From the NCBI GenBank assembly GCA_965221125.1, contig CBDCRW010000007.1, positions 320,001-384,000 on the forward strand: a DNA stretch of 64,000 bases. The letters are read 5' to 3'. This document shows, piece after piece, positions 49,317-60,290 of the stretch. How positions within the stretch are numbered: the first letter of the stretch is position 1; every line of letters starts with the position of its first letter. Below the pieces are notes generated by a model that searched no databases, was not told where the DNA came from, and saw only the letters and a list, made by a program, of their open reading frames with translations. This DNA is from Alphaproteobacteria bacterium (lineage in GTDB: Bacteria; Pseudomonadota; Alphaproteobacteria; UBA828). The translations under genes and the position numbers were made by a program.

Positions 49317-50485
49317 TCCGTCTCCTCGAAGAGCTCGCGGCCGATGAGCATGCGGCGGATCTCGCTGGTGCCGGCGCCGATCTCGTAGAGCTTGGCGTCG
49401 CGCAAGAGCCGGCCGGTGGCGAACTCGTTGACGTAGCCGTTGCCGCCCAGCGCCTGGATCGCCTCAAGCGCCATCCAGGTCGCCTTCTCGGCGGCGAAGA
49501 GGATGGCGCCGGCGGCGTCCTTGCGGCTGGTCTCGCCGCGATCGCAGGCCTGCGCCACGGCGTAGACGTAGGCGCGGGCCGCGTTCATGGTCGTGTACAT
49601 GTCGGCGATCTTGCCCTGCATGAGCTGGAAGGTGCCGATGGGCCGGCCGAACTGCCGGCGCTGGTGGACGTAGGGGAGCACGATGTCCATGCAGGCGCGC
49701 ATGATGCCCAAGGGGCCGGCCGCGAGCACCGCACGCTCGTAGTCGAGGCCGCTCATCAGCACGGCCACGCCGCCGCCGACCTCGCCGATCACGTTCTCCG
49801 CCGGCACCGCGCAGTCCTCGAACACCAGCTCGCAGGTGTTGGACCCGCGCATGCCGAGCTTGTCGAGTTTTTGGGCGGTAGAGAAGCCGGGCATGCCCTT
49901 CTCGACGAGGAAGGCGGTGATGCCCCGGCTGCCGGCATCGGGGTCCGTCTTGGCGTAGACCACGAGGACCTCGGCGTCCGGCCCGTTGGTGATCCACATT
50001 TTCGACCCGTTCAGCACGTAGCGCTCGCCGCGGCGTTCCGCGCGCGTGCGCATGCCGACCACGTCCGAGCCCGCGCCCGGCTCGCTCATGGCGAGCGCGC
50101 CGACGTGTTCGCCCGAGATCAGCCCGGGCAGGTAGCGGGCGCGCTGGGCGGGGGTGCCGTTGAGCCGGATCTGGTTCACGCAGAGGTTGGAGTGCGCGCC
50201 GTAGCTGAGGCCGACGGAGGCGGACGCGCGGCTCACCTCCTCCATGGCGACGCAGTGCTCCAGGTAGCCGAGGCCGCTGCCGCCCTCCTCCTCCTCCACG
50301 GTGAGCCCGAGCAGCCCGAGGTCGCCGAGCCGGGGCCAGAGGTCGCGCGGGAACTCGTTGCTCGTGTCGATCTCTTCGGCGCGGGGCGCGATCTCGGCCT
50401 GCGCGAAGCTCTCGACCGACGAGCGGATCATGTCCGCCGTCTCGCCCAGCCCGAAGTCGAGGCCCGGCATTCGGTTGGAGGTCAT
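49313..50485 (-). CDS. ivd: Isovaleryl-CoA dehydrogenase
   Basis: [29 protein letters not shown]. Confidence 0.93.
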   Translation of the reverse strand: MTSNRMPGLDFGLGETADMIRSSVESFAQAEIAPRAEEIDTSNEFPRDLWPRLGDLGLLGLTVEEEEGGSGLGYLEHCVAMEEVSRASASVGLSYGAHSNLCVNQIRLNGTPAQRARYLPGLISGEHVGALAMSEPGAGSDVVGMRTRAERRGERYVLNGSKMWITNGPDAEVLVVYAKTDPDAGSRGITAFLVEKGMPGFSTAQKLDKLGMRGSNTCELVFEDCAVPAENVIGEVGGGVAVLMSGLDYERAVLAAGPLGIMRACMDIVLPYVHQRRQFGRPIGTFQLMQGKIADMYTTMNAARAYVYAVAQACDRGETSRKDAAGAILFAAEKATWMALEAIQALGGNGYVNEFATGRLLRDAKLYEIGAGTSEIRRMLIGRELFEETE

Positions 50486-50653
50486 TGCTGCTCCGTTTGC
50501 GTCGGCAACGCCCAATTCAGCCCAAGCAGAGACCATTCAATACTATCGCCTACTTTGGACACTGGTGATGGTTCAAGCATATTTTTGTGCACTCGAAAAG
50601 GCTCAAACAACGCATGTATCATTTATTCGGTACGCTCCATCCACTCAATGCAC

Positions 50654-51598
50654 TTAACCATTGCTCCTTAGATATTTAGCGACTGTCGCGAAGTGCTGTC
50701 GATTTGCCTCTAGGTCGACTACTTTGTAGAGTTCTTCACCAATACCACTTAACACCACTCCGTGAACTTTGACCTTGAATTGCTTTCCCTCTCCATCGCT
50801 AGAGAATAATCTGACACCTTTGCCAGCACAAAGAATTTCGCCTTGTGTCTCTCCTAAAACTGTGAACTCAACCCATGAATTGTAGTCAGGTATTATAAGC
50901 CTATTTTCCTGAAGAATGTTCAGGTCAAAGAATGAGATTCCAAAGTTTTTCAACGCATTACCCTGGGAGTTATTGCTAGCTGTTATTGCTATGTGACTCA
51001 AGTTTGGAATAACAAAAACCATATTACAAAGTTTTCGGAACAGGGCAGCCGCGTCGGTATCCATCATTCCGAGAGTTCTAACGGTTCGGAGAGAATATGT
51101 TCCTGGGCTCTCAATTTCTCCGGCTAAAATTTTTCCGAACGCCAGTTTCATTTCTTCGGAAGACCGTTGTCCTGCCTCGCTTCTGAGCGCCGCCAACCAG
51201 TCATCGTTCGGAACGCCCTGAGGTTCAGTCGTTGCTTCAGATTTGGACAATTGCTCAATAGCGATTCCTAGAACGTCCTCTACGATGACTTGTTCCTTCA
51301 GTATCTTCGTGGCGTGTTGCGCGTATGCTCTGGCAGCCAATTCGGAATTGGTCTTGAATTCGGTCGCTATGGATCGTGCAGCCTCAAGGCGCAGATGCCT
51401 TCTCGCTTCCGTTGTTGAGCGGATACTATCTGCAAATCCCTCCAAGTAAGCGACAGGAATATCCGTAACTCCATATATCAAATGACTAATTGCCTTTACT
51501 ATTCCCGGCTGCAGAAATCCTAAAATCCCAAGCTCCGAGAATAATGCAGCAATGCTGGTGCCTAGTTCTGCAGGTGGCTGTTCAGGCGTGCTCGACAT
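50654..51598 (-). CDS. DUF2806-like protein, low GC
   Basis: DDWL…SSEEM…GKILAGEIESPGTYSLRT; markedly AT-rich. Confidence 0.7.
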   Translation of the reverse strand: MSSTPEQPPAELGTSIAALFSELGILGFLQPGIVKAISHLIYGVTDIPVAYLEGFADSIRSTTEARRHLRLEAARSIATEFKTNSELAARAYAQHATKILKEQVIVEDVLGIAIEQLSKSEATTEPQGVPNDDWLAALRSEAGQRSSEEMKLAFGKILAGEIESPGTYSLRTVRTLGMMDTDAAALFRKLCNMVFVIPNLSHIAITASNNSQGNALKNFGISFFDLNILQENRLIIPDYNSWVEFTVLGETQGEILCAGKGVRLFSSDGEGKQFKVKVHGVVLSGIGEELYKVVDLEANRQHFATVAKYLRSNG

Positions 51599-51695
51599 TT
51601 TTCCCTCGGATAAACAGGTCTCGAATCTTGTAGTCTCTTGCAAGGCGTGTCTGACAATCCATATAATACGCATAACGCAGGGTGGGGTGAAGAGC

Positions 51696-51971
51696 ATGCA
51701 GCGGATCACGTCACGGGAGTTCCAGCGGAACTTCGGGCGGTGCCAGGACGATGCGCTGAAGGCGCCGCTGGCGATCACCCGAAACGGGAGGGACCGGCTC
51801 GTGATCCTCTCGGTCGATGAGTATGAGCGCCTGAAGCGGCGGGACCGTCAAGCGCTTGCCGTCGAAGACCTCTCGGACGAAGAGATCGAGGCGATAGCCC
51901 GTGCCGAGCCTCCGGCCGAAGCCGCACAGTACGATCATGAGCTGACGGGCGGGCATGGCGCGGATTCCTGA
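51696..51971 (+). CDS. Phd/YefM antitoxin
   Basis: REFQRNFG…AITRNGRDRLVILS. Confidence 0.85.
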   Translation: MQRITSREFQRNFGRCQDDALKAPLAITRNGRDRLVILSVDEYERLKRRDRQALAVEDLSDEEIEAIARAEPPAEAAQYDHELTGGHGADS

Positions 51972-52389
51972 TCCGCAGCCCGGCCTCGTCATCAGCTACG
52001 CTTATCTCTGGCAACGCGAAGCGGCCAGGGGTCGCCACGAGGGCACCAAGTACCGCCCTGCCGTTGTCGTGATGGGGGTGGAACACGACGACGCTCGCGG
52101 CAAGACGGTTCTCGTGGCGCCGATCACGCATCGTCAGCCTGAGCATACTTCGGCCGCGGTGGAGATACCGCCTCAGACCAAGCGACGCCTCGGCCTCGAC
52201 CCGGAGCGATCATGGATCATCGTATCGGAGGTGAACAGGTTCGAGTGGCCGGGGCCGGACCTTCTGCCGATCGCACCGGGTGAATGGGCCTACGGCATTC
52301 TTCCGGCAGGCCTCTTTCGGGCTGTTCGCAACCGCATTGCCGACACGGCGCGTAGACGCAAGCTCGCCCAAGTCAGACGCGAGCCGTGA
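51955..52389 (+). CDS. PemK/MazF-like toxin
   Basis: YAYLW…EGTKYRPAVV…VAPITH…NRFEWPG. Confidence 0.8.
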   Translation: MARIPDPQPGLVISYAYLWQREAARGRHEGTKYRPAVVVMGVEHDDARGKTVLVAPITHRQPEHTSAAVEIPPQTKRRLGLDPERSWIIVSEVNRFEWPGPDLLPIAPGEWAYGILPAGLFRAVRNRIADTARRRKLAQVRREP

Positions 52390-52438
52390 TCGTGTTGTCG
52401 CCGTCCGCCGTCGCGCGCACGCGGCCGCAGGGAAGTTT

Positions 52439-52467
52439 GGATGCCCGGAACGCGTGCGGCCATGACG
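52439..52467. repeat. Single CGTC-type REP unit
   Basis: GGATGCCCGGAACGCGTGCGGCCATGACG. Confidence 0.5.
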
Positions 52468-52526
52468 AAAGGGGATCGTGCCTGCAGGATCGATCCGACG
52501 AGTTGCGAACTGCCGAGTTCAGGAAA

Positions 52527-53477
52527 CTACCCCTCCGTGCCGAACGCCTTGCGCAGCGCGGCGCAGGCGGTGGCGTGGGCCTCGGCGGCCACGTCGAACT
52601 GCCCGGTGGCGGTCCAGAAGCCGTGGATGTGGCCCTCGTAGTTGACGTACTCGGTGGGCACGCCTGCCGCCTTCAGCCTCTCGGCATACGCGCGGCCGTC
52701 GTCGAGCAGGGGATCGTGGCTCGCGGTCATCACCATCGCCGGCGGCAGCCCGCTCAGGTCCCGCGCCCTGATCGGCGCGGCCCGCAGGTCGGTGCGCTCC
52801 GACTCGTCGTTGAAGTAGCAGTCGAAGAACCAGGCCATGGACTCGGCGGTCAGCACGTAGCCGTCGGCGAAGGTCTTGTAGGACTCGCGGCCCTCGTCCG
52901 TGTCGGTGACGGGATAGACCATGAGCTGGAAGACCAGCGCGGGCCCGCCCTCGGCCTTCGCCCGCTGCGCGGTGACGGCGGTGATGCAGCCGCCGGCGGA
53001 ATCGCCGCCGATGGCGATGCGCGCCGGGTCTGCGCCGATCTCGGCCGCGTTCTCGGCGACCCAGCAGAGCGCCGCCCAGGAGTCGTCCGTCGGCTTGGGA
53101 AACCTGTTCTCCGGCGCCTTGCGGTAGTTGACGCCGACGACGATGCAGCCGGCGCCCTCGCAGAGCGCGCGGCAGACGCCGTCGTGGGTGTCGATGCTGA
53201 GCACCACGTAGCCGCTGCCGTGGTAGTTGACGTAGACCGGCAGCGGCGTGGCGGGGTCTGCGCCGGTGGGCCAGTAGAGGCGGATGCGGATCGGCCCGTG
53301 CGGCCCCGGAATGTCGCGGTCCTCCACGCGCCCCACCTCGGCGCCGGGGGCCTGCATGCCCATGACCAGATCGTGGAACGCCTCCCGCACCTCGGCGAGC
53401 GGGCGTTCCGCGATGGGCGGCACCTCGATCGCGTTGATCTCGTCGCAGAACGCCTGAACCTGCGGATGCAGAGCCAT
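52527..53477 (-). CDS. HSL-family alpha/beta hydrolase
   Basis: HGSG, GDSAGG, DPL, HGF. Confidence 0.92.
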   Translation of the reverse strand: MALHPQVQAFCDEINAIEVPPIAERPLAEVREAFHDLVMGMQAPGAEVGRVEDRDIPGPHGPIRIRLYWPTGADPATPLPVYVNYHGSGYVVLSIDTHDGVCRALCEGAGCIVVGVNYRKAPENRFPKPTDDSWAALCWVAENAAEIGADPARIAIGGDSAGGCITAVTAQRAKAEGGPALVFQLMVYPVTDTDEGRESYKTFADGYVLTAESMAWFFDCYFNDESERTDLRAAPIRARDLSGLPPAMVMTASHDPLLDDGRAYAERLKAAGVPTEYVNYEGHIHGFWTATGQFDVAAEAHATACAALRKAFGTEG

Positions 53478-53739
53478 GATCCCCCCTCGCGCGTGCTGGT
53501 CTGACCGTGCTTCATGTTAGCCCGGATGTCCCGGCCGGGTCATGGCCCGCGGCGTCGCGCGGAACGCGCGCGGAACACAGGACGCAGGCGCGCGGCATTC
53601 GCAGCGCGCCCGGAATCGCGCAAGGCACGCGTCTCGTGTACGATCCGGCGGTATCTGCCGGCGACGCACGCCGCCCGCGCGCTCACTTGTGCGCGCTCCA
53701 ACGCGTCGATGCGATGGGCGCACCGATGAGGTCGGTCAC

Positions 53740-54192
53740 ATGCAGATGACGAAGTACAGCGACTACTCGTTGCGGGCCCTCATCTATCTGGGCCTCAACC
53801 GCCACCGGCGCTGCACGATCCGGGAAATCTCCGACGCCTACGGCATTTCCGAGAACCACCTGATGAAGCTGGTCCATCAGCTCGGTCAGGAGGGATTCAT
53901 CAGGACGACCCGGGGCAAGAACGGCGGCCTCGAACTGGCGATGCCGGCGAGCGAGATCAATCTGGGCAAGGTCATCCGCGCGACCGAAGGCAACTTTCAG
54001 CTGGTCGAGTGCTTCGCCGGGCGCGAGGAGAACACCTGCCCCATCGCGGGGCCGTGCCGCCTCACCGGGGTCCTCGAAGAGGGCCTGCAGGCCTTCTTCG
54101 ACGTGCTCGACCAGTACACGCTGCAGGACATGCTGGTGCCGGCCCCGGCGTTCAGGCGCATCTTCGCAGCCAGGGAAGCAGCCCGGCTCTAG
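53740..54192 (+). CDS. nsrR: Rrf2 regulator, NsrR-like
   Basis: SDYSLRALIYL, SENHLMK, three C-terminal Cys; next to nirK. Confidence 0.8.
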   Translation: MQMTKYSDYSLRALIYLGLNRHRRCTIREISDAYGISENHLMKLVHQLGQEGFIRTTRGKNGGLELAMPASEINLGKVIRATEGNFQLVECFAGREENTCPIAGPCRLTGVLEEGLQAFFDVLDQYTLQDMLVPAPAFRRIFAAREAARL

Positions 54193-54425
54193 AGCGATTT
54201 CCGATCTTACGAGATCGCTGCGGCCCGACGAAACCCACCTCCCCCTGTCCCCCTCCTCCCAGGAGGAGGGGGAACGAAGGCGCCAGCAGCCTTTTCTCCC
54301 TCTCCTCCCCGCCGGGGAGGAGAGGGCCGGGGTGAGGTGGGGGTTTCTTTTCGGGCGACGCGATATGTGAGGGCGTGACCGTGCGGCAACCAGGTGCGAT
54401 CCTACTCGGCTGGATTGTGCTCTAG
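54189..54425 (+). mobile_element. CTAG-bounded MITE, copy C (237 bp)
   Basis: CTAGAGCGATTTCCGATC…GGATTGTGCTCTAG. Confidence 0.8.
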
Positions 54426-55139
54426 CCGCCCTCACATCGCTTCGGGGAAAGGCGGGCCGCCCCCGGCGTAGCGGGAGCAGCCCGGAAATCGCAAACGTTT
54501 TACGCCGTCATCATGGTCGGCGGCTGCACCTGCGTCATCAGGTCGTGGTTCCACTCGCCGTCGACGACGACGGTGGCCAGACAGCCAAGCTGGACCGCCT
54601 CGATCAGGTTGTGGGAGAGGTACACGTAGACCCCCGACTGCAGGAAGGTGTAGAGCGCCGCCCCGGCCGAGCCGCCGCGGATGAACCAGGTCTCCAGCCC
54701 TTCCGCCGGCGGGTCGACGAAGGAGCCCTGCTCCCACACATAGTCGCCGTGTCCGCCGATGAGATGCGGCCGGGAATCGCGGTTGGCCTGGGAGTGGATG
54801 AACAGCACCGATTCGCCGACGTTGGCCGTGAGCGTGTTGTCGCCGGTGAGCGCGCCGACCCGGCCGTTCAGCACGACGTGGGTGGGCGTGAGCGTCTGCA
54901 TGACGTCGAACATGTCCGCCATGCCCTCGCCGTGGTCGGCGTAGTCGATGAAGTCGCCGTCGGCATCGCGGGGTACGTAAAAGTCCTGCTCGCCGATGTA
55001 ATAGGCCCGGTCGTAGCCGAGCGCGTTGCCGTGGCGGTCCTTCAAGCCGTCGCGCGGCAGCACCATCACCGCCCCGTTCATGCCCGAGACGACGTGGAAG
55101 GGGATCATCGAGCCCCCCGGCGCGCAGTGGTAGATGTAG

Positions 55140-56752
55140 CCCGAATTATTCATGGCAGGTCTGGTTTTGGGGTGGCGGACGTAGCGTAAGTCGTTGCCAT
55201 CGGGTAGGAATTCGTTGCCGAGGCGTCTTCCTCTCCGAACAACGAAAATGCCACGCCCGCCATGACCGACGATAGTCTTCTTCCCTTCGATCTGCCAAGC
55301 GTCCAACGCAAGAAGGTGAGCGCCGCCTTCGACGGCGGCCTGATCTCGTCTGACGGCGGCCTCGTCCTGCTTCGTGAGGCGGAACGCAGCTTGCGCCTGG
55401 CCGAGACCCTGGCCGGCTGCATCCGCGACCGGCGCAAGCAGGCGCAGGTGATCCACTCGCTCTCGGCCATGCTGCGCTTCCGCATGTTCGCCATTGCGTG
55501 TGGCTACGAAGATGCCGACGACTGCGACGCGCTGCGCGCGGACCCTCTGTTCAAGCTGGCCTCAGGCAAGGCGCCGGAGAGCGGCCGCGCACTCTGCTCC
55601 CAGCCGACCATGAGCCGCCTGGAGAACGCGCCGTCTCGTATCGAGGTGGCGCGCATGACGGCGGCGCTGGTCGATCTCTTCTGCCGCAGCTTCCAAGCCC
55701 CTCCCGCCGCCATAACCCTTGACATCGACGACACCTGCGATGCGGTGCACGGCCACCAGCAGCTCTCGCTCTTCAACGCTCATTACGACACGCGCTGCTT
55801 CCTGCCCGTCCACGTCTACCATGTGGAAAGCGGCAAGCCGGTGGCGGTCCTCCTGCGCCCGGGCAAGACGCCGTCGGGCCCTGAGGTCCGCACCCTCATC
55901 AAGCATCTGGTCCGCCGCATCCGCCGCCACTGGCCGCACACCCGGATCGTCTTCCGCGGAGACAGCCACTACGGCCGCCCGGAAGCCATGGCCTGGTGCG
56001 AGGAGAACGGGGTCGACTACATCTTCGGCCTCGCGGGCAACCGCGCGCTGCACGCGCTCGCATACGAGATGGCCGACGATCTCAAGGTGCGCCGCGCCAA
56101 GGCCGGCGCAGACAGGATGCGCAGCTTCACCGCCTTCGACTACGCCGCCCGCTCCTGGAGCTGCGAACGCCGGGTCGTCGCCCGGCTCGAGGCGAGCACC
56201 CGCGGCTTCGATGCCCGCTATGTCGTCACCTCACTCAAGGGCGAGCCCCGCCATCTCTACGAAGACATCTACTGCGCCCGCGGCCAGGCCGAGAACCTGA
56301 TCAAGATGCACAAGGGCCAGCTCGCCTCGGACCGCACCTCCTGCCAGAGCCCGCTCGCCAATCAGCTCAGGCTGGTCCTCCACACCGCAGCCTACTGGCT
56401 CATGCTCGCGCTGCGCGACGCCATTCCCCGCGCCGCGCCGCTCGCCCGTGCAGAGTTTGCAACCCTCAGGCTGCGCCTCCTCAAGATCGGTGCCCGCGTC
56501 ATCGAGAAGGCCACCCGCATCCGCATCCACTTCGCCTCGGCCTGCCCCGACGCCGCCCTCTTCCGCCTGCTCGCAGGCCGCCTCGCCGCAGCAGGCCCAT
56601 GAGCGACGGGGCGGCGTGCCCCAATCACCCAGGCTCCATAAACCATCAACCCGATAACGACCATCCTCAGTTCCCGACGCCAAACCGCGTCAGGCCCCGA
56701 CGCGCCCAATCAACCGAGCATCAAGTGCAAGGCAGTCCATGAATAGGTCGGG
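55140..56752 (+). mobile_element. IS1380-family insertion sequence (1613 bp)
   Basis: 16-bp TIRs CCCGAATTATTCATGG / CCATGAATAGGTCGGG; 4-bp target duplication GTAG. Confidence 0.95.
55262..56602 (+). CDS. IS1380 DDE transposase
   Basis: [32 protein letters not shown]. Confidence 0.95.
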   Translation: MTDDSLLPFDLPSVQRKKVSAAFDGGLISSDGGLVLLREAERSLRLAETLAGCIRDRRKQAQVIHSLSAMLRFRMFAIACGYEDADDCDALRADPLFKLASGKAPESGRALCSQPTMSRLENAPSRIEVARMTAALVDLFCRSFQAPPAAITLDIDDTCDAVHGHQQLSLFNAHYDTRCFLPVHVYHVESGKPVAVLLRPGKTPSGPEVRTLIKHLVRRIRRHWPHTRIVFRGDSHYGRPEAMAWCEENGVDYIFGLAGNRALHALAYEMADDLKVRRAKAGADRMRSFTAFDYAARSWSCERRVVARLEASTRGFDARYVVTSLKGEPRHLYEDIYCARGQAENLIKMHKGQLASDRTSCQSPLANQLRLVLHTAAYWLMLALRDAIPRAAPLARAEFATLRLRLLKIGARVIEKATRIRIHFASACPDAALFRLLAGRLAAAGP

Positions 56753-57343
56753 GTAGGTGCCGGGCTTGGTCGCCTTCCAGCGCAGCATGACCTGCTCGCC
56801 GGGCGAGACGAGCGTGAGCGCGCCGCCGCCGAGCGCGCCGGTCGACGCGTGGAAGTCGATGTTGTGCTCGAAGACGTTGCTCTCCGGGTTCTTCAGCGTG
56901 AGCTCGATGTAGTCGCCTTCGTGGCAGATCATCAGCGGGCCGGGGATCGAGCCGTTGAACGACAGCGTGTTGAGCATGGTGCCGTCGTCGTCGATCTCGC
57001 GCTTGTCCTCGGTGGCGGTGAGCTCGACCTCGATGATCTTGGGCCCGTCCATGGCGACCTGCTCATGGGCCGGCACGAAGGGCGGAGCGACGAGCTCCTG
57101 CTTCACCCTGGGAAGGCCGCTCAGGTCCACCTCGCTGGCCGAGGCCAGCTTGATCGGGACCGCGGCCGAGGCGGCGCCGAGGGCGCCCCCCATCTTCAGA
57201 ACGTCGCGCCTGTTCACGTGCAGCATGGCTGGTGTCTCCTCCTCGACGGTTGCCCCAACGCGTGTGCTCGACGCGCCCGAACGAGGATCGCCCCCAAGCC
57301 AGCCCATCGGACAGGTCACGGAGACGGCCCTTGAGCGCTTGAA

Positions 57344-57376
57344 GATGTATTTTGAATAAAGGTTCAGGGCCGTCAA
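57344..57376 (-). promoter_or_regulatory. Putative NsrR box and Fnr-like/-35 site of nirK
   Basis: GATGTAT-N5-ATAAAGG (57344-57362); TTGAC-N4-CTGAA (57376-57363). Confidence 0.5.
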
Positions 57377-57472
57377 GAGAAACCGCCCCTGCACGGGACG
57401 CCATTGCGAAGAGTGGGCGGCGGAACGACAATGCGCCGCAGCGAAGCCGCGATGCCGGGGAGGCGAAGGGCG

Positions 57473-59470
57473 ATGAACGAGAGCGCGAGCAGCAACATCA
57501 CCGTGGGGGCGGAGACGCTCCAGGAACTCTACGTCACCATGCGCCGCATCCGCGCCTTCGAGGAGAAGACCGCCGACCTCTTCCAGGAGGGCGTGGTCAA
57601 GGGCACGGCCCACAGCTACAAGGGCGAGGAGGCGATCGCGGCCGGAGTCTGCGCGGCGCTCCGCGACGAGGACATCATCGCCTCCTACCATCGCGGCCAC
57701 GGCCACTGCATCGCCAAGGGTGCCCGCATCGACCGCATGATGGCGGAGCTGATGGGCCGCCAGACCGGCTACTGCCAGGGCCTCGGCGGCTCCATGCACA
57801 TCGCCGACATGGAGCTCAACATCATGGGCGCCAACGGCATCGTCGGCGCGGCCATGCCGCTCGCCACCGGCGCGGGCCTCGCGGCGAAGCTGCAGGGGAC
57901 GGACAAGGTGGCGGTCGCCTTCTTCGGCGACGGCGCGTCGAATCAGGGCGTCTTCCACGAATCGCTCAACCTCGCGGCGGTGTGGAAGCTGCCGGTGATC
58001 TTCGTCTGCGAGAACAACCAGTACGCGCTGTCCACCTCCTACCGCAACACCACCGCCGTCTCCCAGGTCTCGAACCGGGCGGCGTCCTACGAGATCCCCG
58101 GCATCACGGTGGACGGCAACGACGGCGTCGAGGTCTACCTCGTGCTGCGCGAGGCGGTGGACCGCGCCCGCGCCGGCGAGGGGCCGACGCTGATCGAGGC
58201 GATGACGTACCGCCACGGCCAGCACTCGCTCCGCGTCAACCTGCGCGACCCCCGGCCCGAGGACGAGCTGGAATCCTGGCTCAACCGCGACCCCATCGAC
58301 CGCATGGAGGAGCGGCTCACCGCCGAGGGCGGCTTCTCGGCGGAGACATTCGACGAGACCACGCAGGCGGTGGAGGAGGAGCTGGAGACCGCCGTCACCT
58401 ACGGCCGCGAGAGCCCGGAACCGCCGCTCAACGTGATGCTGGAGTCCGTCTACGCCCCCCACGCGGCGCACACCGAGCCCGGCCCCGAAAAAACCGAGCG
58501 CATGCTCTCCTACCCCGAGGCGCTCAACGAGGCGCTGGACCAGGAGATGCTGCGCGACGACCGCGTCTTCCTCATGGGCGAGGACGTGGGCGCCACCGGC
58601 GGCATCTTCGGCGTCTCCAAGAACCTGATGGAGCGCTACGGGCCTGAGCGCGTGCGCGACACGCCGATCTCCGAGGCCACCTTCGTCGGCTGCGGCGTGG
58701 GCGCCGCCATCGCCGGCATGCGCCCTGTCGTGGAGATCCAGATCTTCGACTTCGTGGCGCTCACCATGGACATGCTGGTGAACCAGGCGGCCAAGTTCCG
58801 CTTCATGCTCGGCGGCAAGCCCTCGGTGCCGCTGGTGGTGCGCGGACCGCAAGGCGGCGGCATCCGCCTCGCGGCCCAGCACAGCCAGAGCCTAGAAGCG
58901 TGGTTCACCCACGTGCCGGGGCTGGTGGTCGCCGCGCCGTCCACGCCCTACGACGCGAAGGGCCTGCTGGTCGCCGCGATCCGCGACGAGAACCCGGTGG
59001 TCTTCCTGGAGCAAAAACTGCTCTACCTCGGCGGCAACGGCCCGGTGCCGGAGGAGCTGTACGCGATCCCGCTCGGCAAGGCCGACATCAAGCGCGCGGG
59101 CACGGACGTGACCGTGGTGGCGACGTCGGCCATGGTGCCGCGCGCGCTGAGCGCGGCCACGGTGCTGGAGCGCGACGGCATCAGCGTCGAGGTCGTCGAC
59201 CCCCGCACCCTGCAGCCGCTCGACGAGGAGACCATCCTCGCTAGCGTGCGCAAGACCAACCGGCTGCTCATCGTGCACGAGGCCTGGGTGCGCGGCGGCT
59301 TCGGGGCCGAGGTCGCCGCCATGGTGGTGGACAAGGCCTTCGACTATCTCGACGCCCCCGTCGCCCGCCTCGGCGCGCCGCACACGCCGATGCCCTACAA
59401 CGACCGCCTCGAGCTGGAGGTCATCCCCTCGCAGGAGCGCATCGTGGACGCCATAAGGGCGCTGCTGTAG
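57473..59470 (+). CDS. Fused E1 alpha/beta TPP-dependent 2-oxoacid/acetoin dehydrogenase
   Basis: GDGASNQG…ENN, MGEDVG, DTPISE, AAQHSQ. Confidence 0.9.
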   Translation: MNESASSNITVGAETLQELYVTMRRIRAFEEKTADLFQEGVVKGTAHSYKGEEAIAAGVCAALRDEDIIASYHRGHGHCIAKGARIDRMMAELMGRQTGYCQGLGGSMHIADMELNIMGANGIVGAAMPLATGAGLAAKLQGTDKVAVAFFGDGASNQGVFHESLNLAAVWKLPVIFVCENNQYALSTSYRNTTAVSQVSNRAASYEIPGITVDGNDGVEVYLVLREAVDRARAGEGPTLIEAMTYRHGQHSLRVNLRDPRPEDELESWLNRDPIDRMEERLTAEGGFSAETFDETTQAVEEELETAVTYGRESPEPPLNVMLESVYAPHAAHTEPGPEKTERMLSYPEALNEALDQEMLRDDRVFLMGEDVGATGGIFGVSKNLMERYGPERVRDTPISEATFVGCGVGAAIAGMRPVVEIQIFDFVALTMDMLVNQAAKFRFMLGGKPSVPLVVRGPQGGGIRLAAQHSQSLEAWFTHVPGLVVAAPSTPYDAKGLLVAAIRDENPVVFLEQKLLYLGGNGPVPEELYAIPLGKADIKRAGTDVTVVATSAMVPRALSAATVLERDGISVEVVDPRTLQPLDEETILASVRKTNRLLIVHEAWVRGGFGAEVAAMVVDKAFDYLDAPVARLGAPHTPMPYNDRLELEVIPSQERIVDAIRALL

Positions 59471-59494
59471 CCCCGGCCCAGTCTCTCCCTACGT

Positions 59495-59585
59495 CGTCAC
59501 GCCCGCACGCGTTGCGGGCATCCACATTCTTGTTCGGGGCTGCACGAACAACCCGTGGATGTCCGGGACGAGCCCGGCCGTGACG
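59495..59585. repeat. CGTC-type REP dimer between convergent genes
   Basis: CGTCACGCCCGC…GCGGGCATCC…GGATGTCCGGG…GTGACG. Confidence 0.7.
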
Positions 59586-59601
59586 TGATAGGGCGGCGCC
59601 C

Positions 59602-60288
59602 TCAGTCCTGAAACAGGCCTGCCTCCCTGAGGGAGACGTGGCGGGAGCGGCCGATCACCAGGTGATCGTGGACGGTGACGCCGAGCGTGGCGCCGGCCTT
59701 CGCGACCTCCCTGGTGAGCTCGATGTCGGCGCGCGACGGGCTGGGATCGCCCGAGGGGTGGTTGTGCACCAGGATGACGGCGCTCGCTCCGTGCTGGAGC
59801 GCGCGCTTGATGACCTCGCGCGGGTACAGCACCACGTGGTCGACCGTGCCGTGCTGCTGCTCCTCGTCGGCGATCAGCGTGTTGTGGCTGTCGAGAAAGA
59901 GCACGCGAAAGTGCTCGGTCTTCTTGTGGCCCAGCTGGGCCGAGCAGTAATCCAGCACCGCCTGCCACGTGCCGATGACCGGCCGGCCTCTCACCGCCTC
60001 CCGCAGCGTGCGCACGCCCAGCGCCTCGACGAGCTTGAGCGTGTGGACCACCGCATCGCCCACGCCGTCGACCTCCTTCAGCGCCTCCTTCTCGGCGCCG
60101 AGCACGCCGCCGACGGTGCCGAAGCGGTCCATCAGACGCTTGGCGAGCGGCTTGGTGTCGCCTCGGGGTATCGCGCGGAACAGCAGCAGCTCAAGCAGCT
60201 CGTAGTCGGGCAGGCCGTCGGCGCCCGTCTTGTCGAAGCGCTCGCGCAGCCGCTCGCGGTGGCCGTGATAGTGGGGCTTCTTCGCCAC
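59602..60288 (-). CDS. radC: RadC/JAB domain protein
   Basis: GHRERLRERF, HNHPSGDPSPS, DH. Confidence 0.93.
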   Translation of the reverse strand: MAKKPHYHGHRERLRERFDKTGADGLPDYELLELLLFRAIPRGDTKPLAKRLMDRFGTVGGVLGAEKEALKEVDGVGDAVVHTLKLVEALGVRTLREAVRGRPVIGTWQAVLDYCSAQLGHKKTEHFRVLFLDSHNTLIADEEQQHGTVDHVVLYPREVIKRALQHGASAVILVHNHPSGDPSPSRADIELTREVAKAGATLGVTVHDHLVIGRSRHVSLREAGLFQD

Positions 60289-60290
60289 CG

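Larger units (their letters stand above)
54500..57226 (-). pseudogene. nirK: Copper nitrite reductase interrupted by IS1380
   Basis: Tat signal, [26 protein letters not shown]. Removing the IS and one GTAG restores a 369-codon frame. Confidence 0.93.

Noticed and set aside
56690-58882. 730-aa minus-strand ORF suggesting a nirK fusion
   Set aside because: It is the antisense of the E1 gene running into the 5' half of nirK; the true start is 57226.
59602-60288. radC as a mobile-element or anti-defence marker
   Set aside because: Full-length chromosomal type in the ordinary map-radC context.
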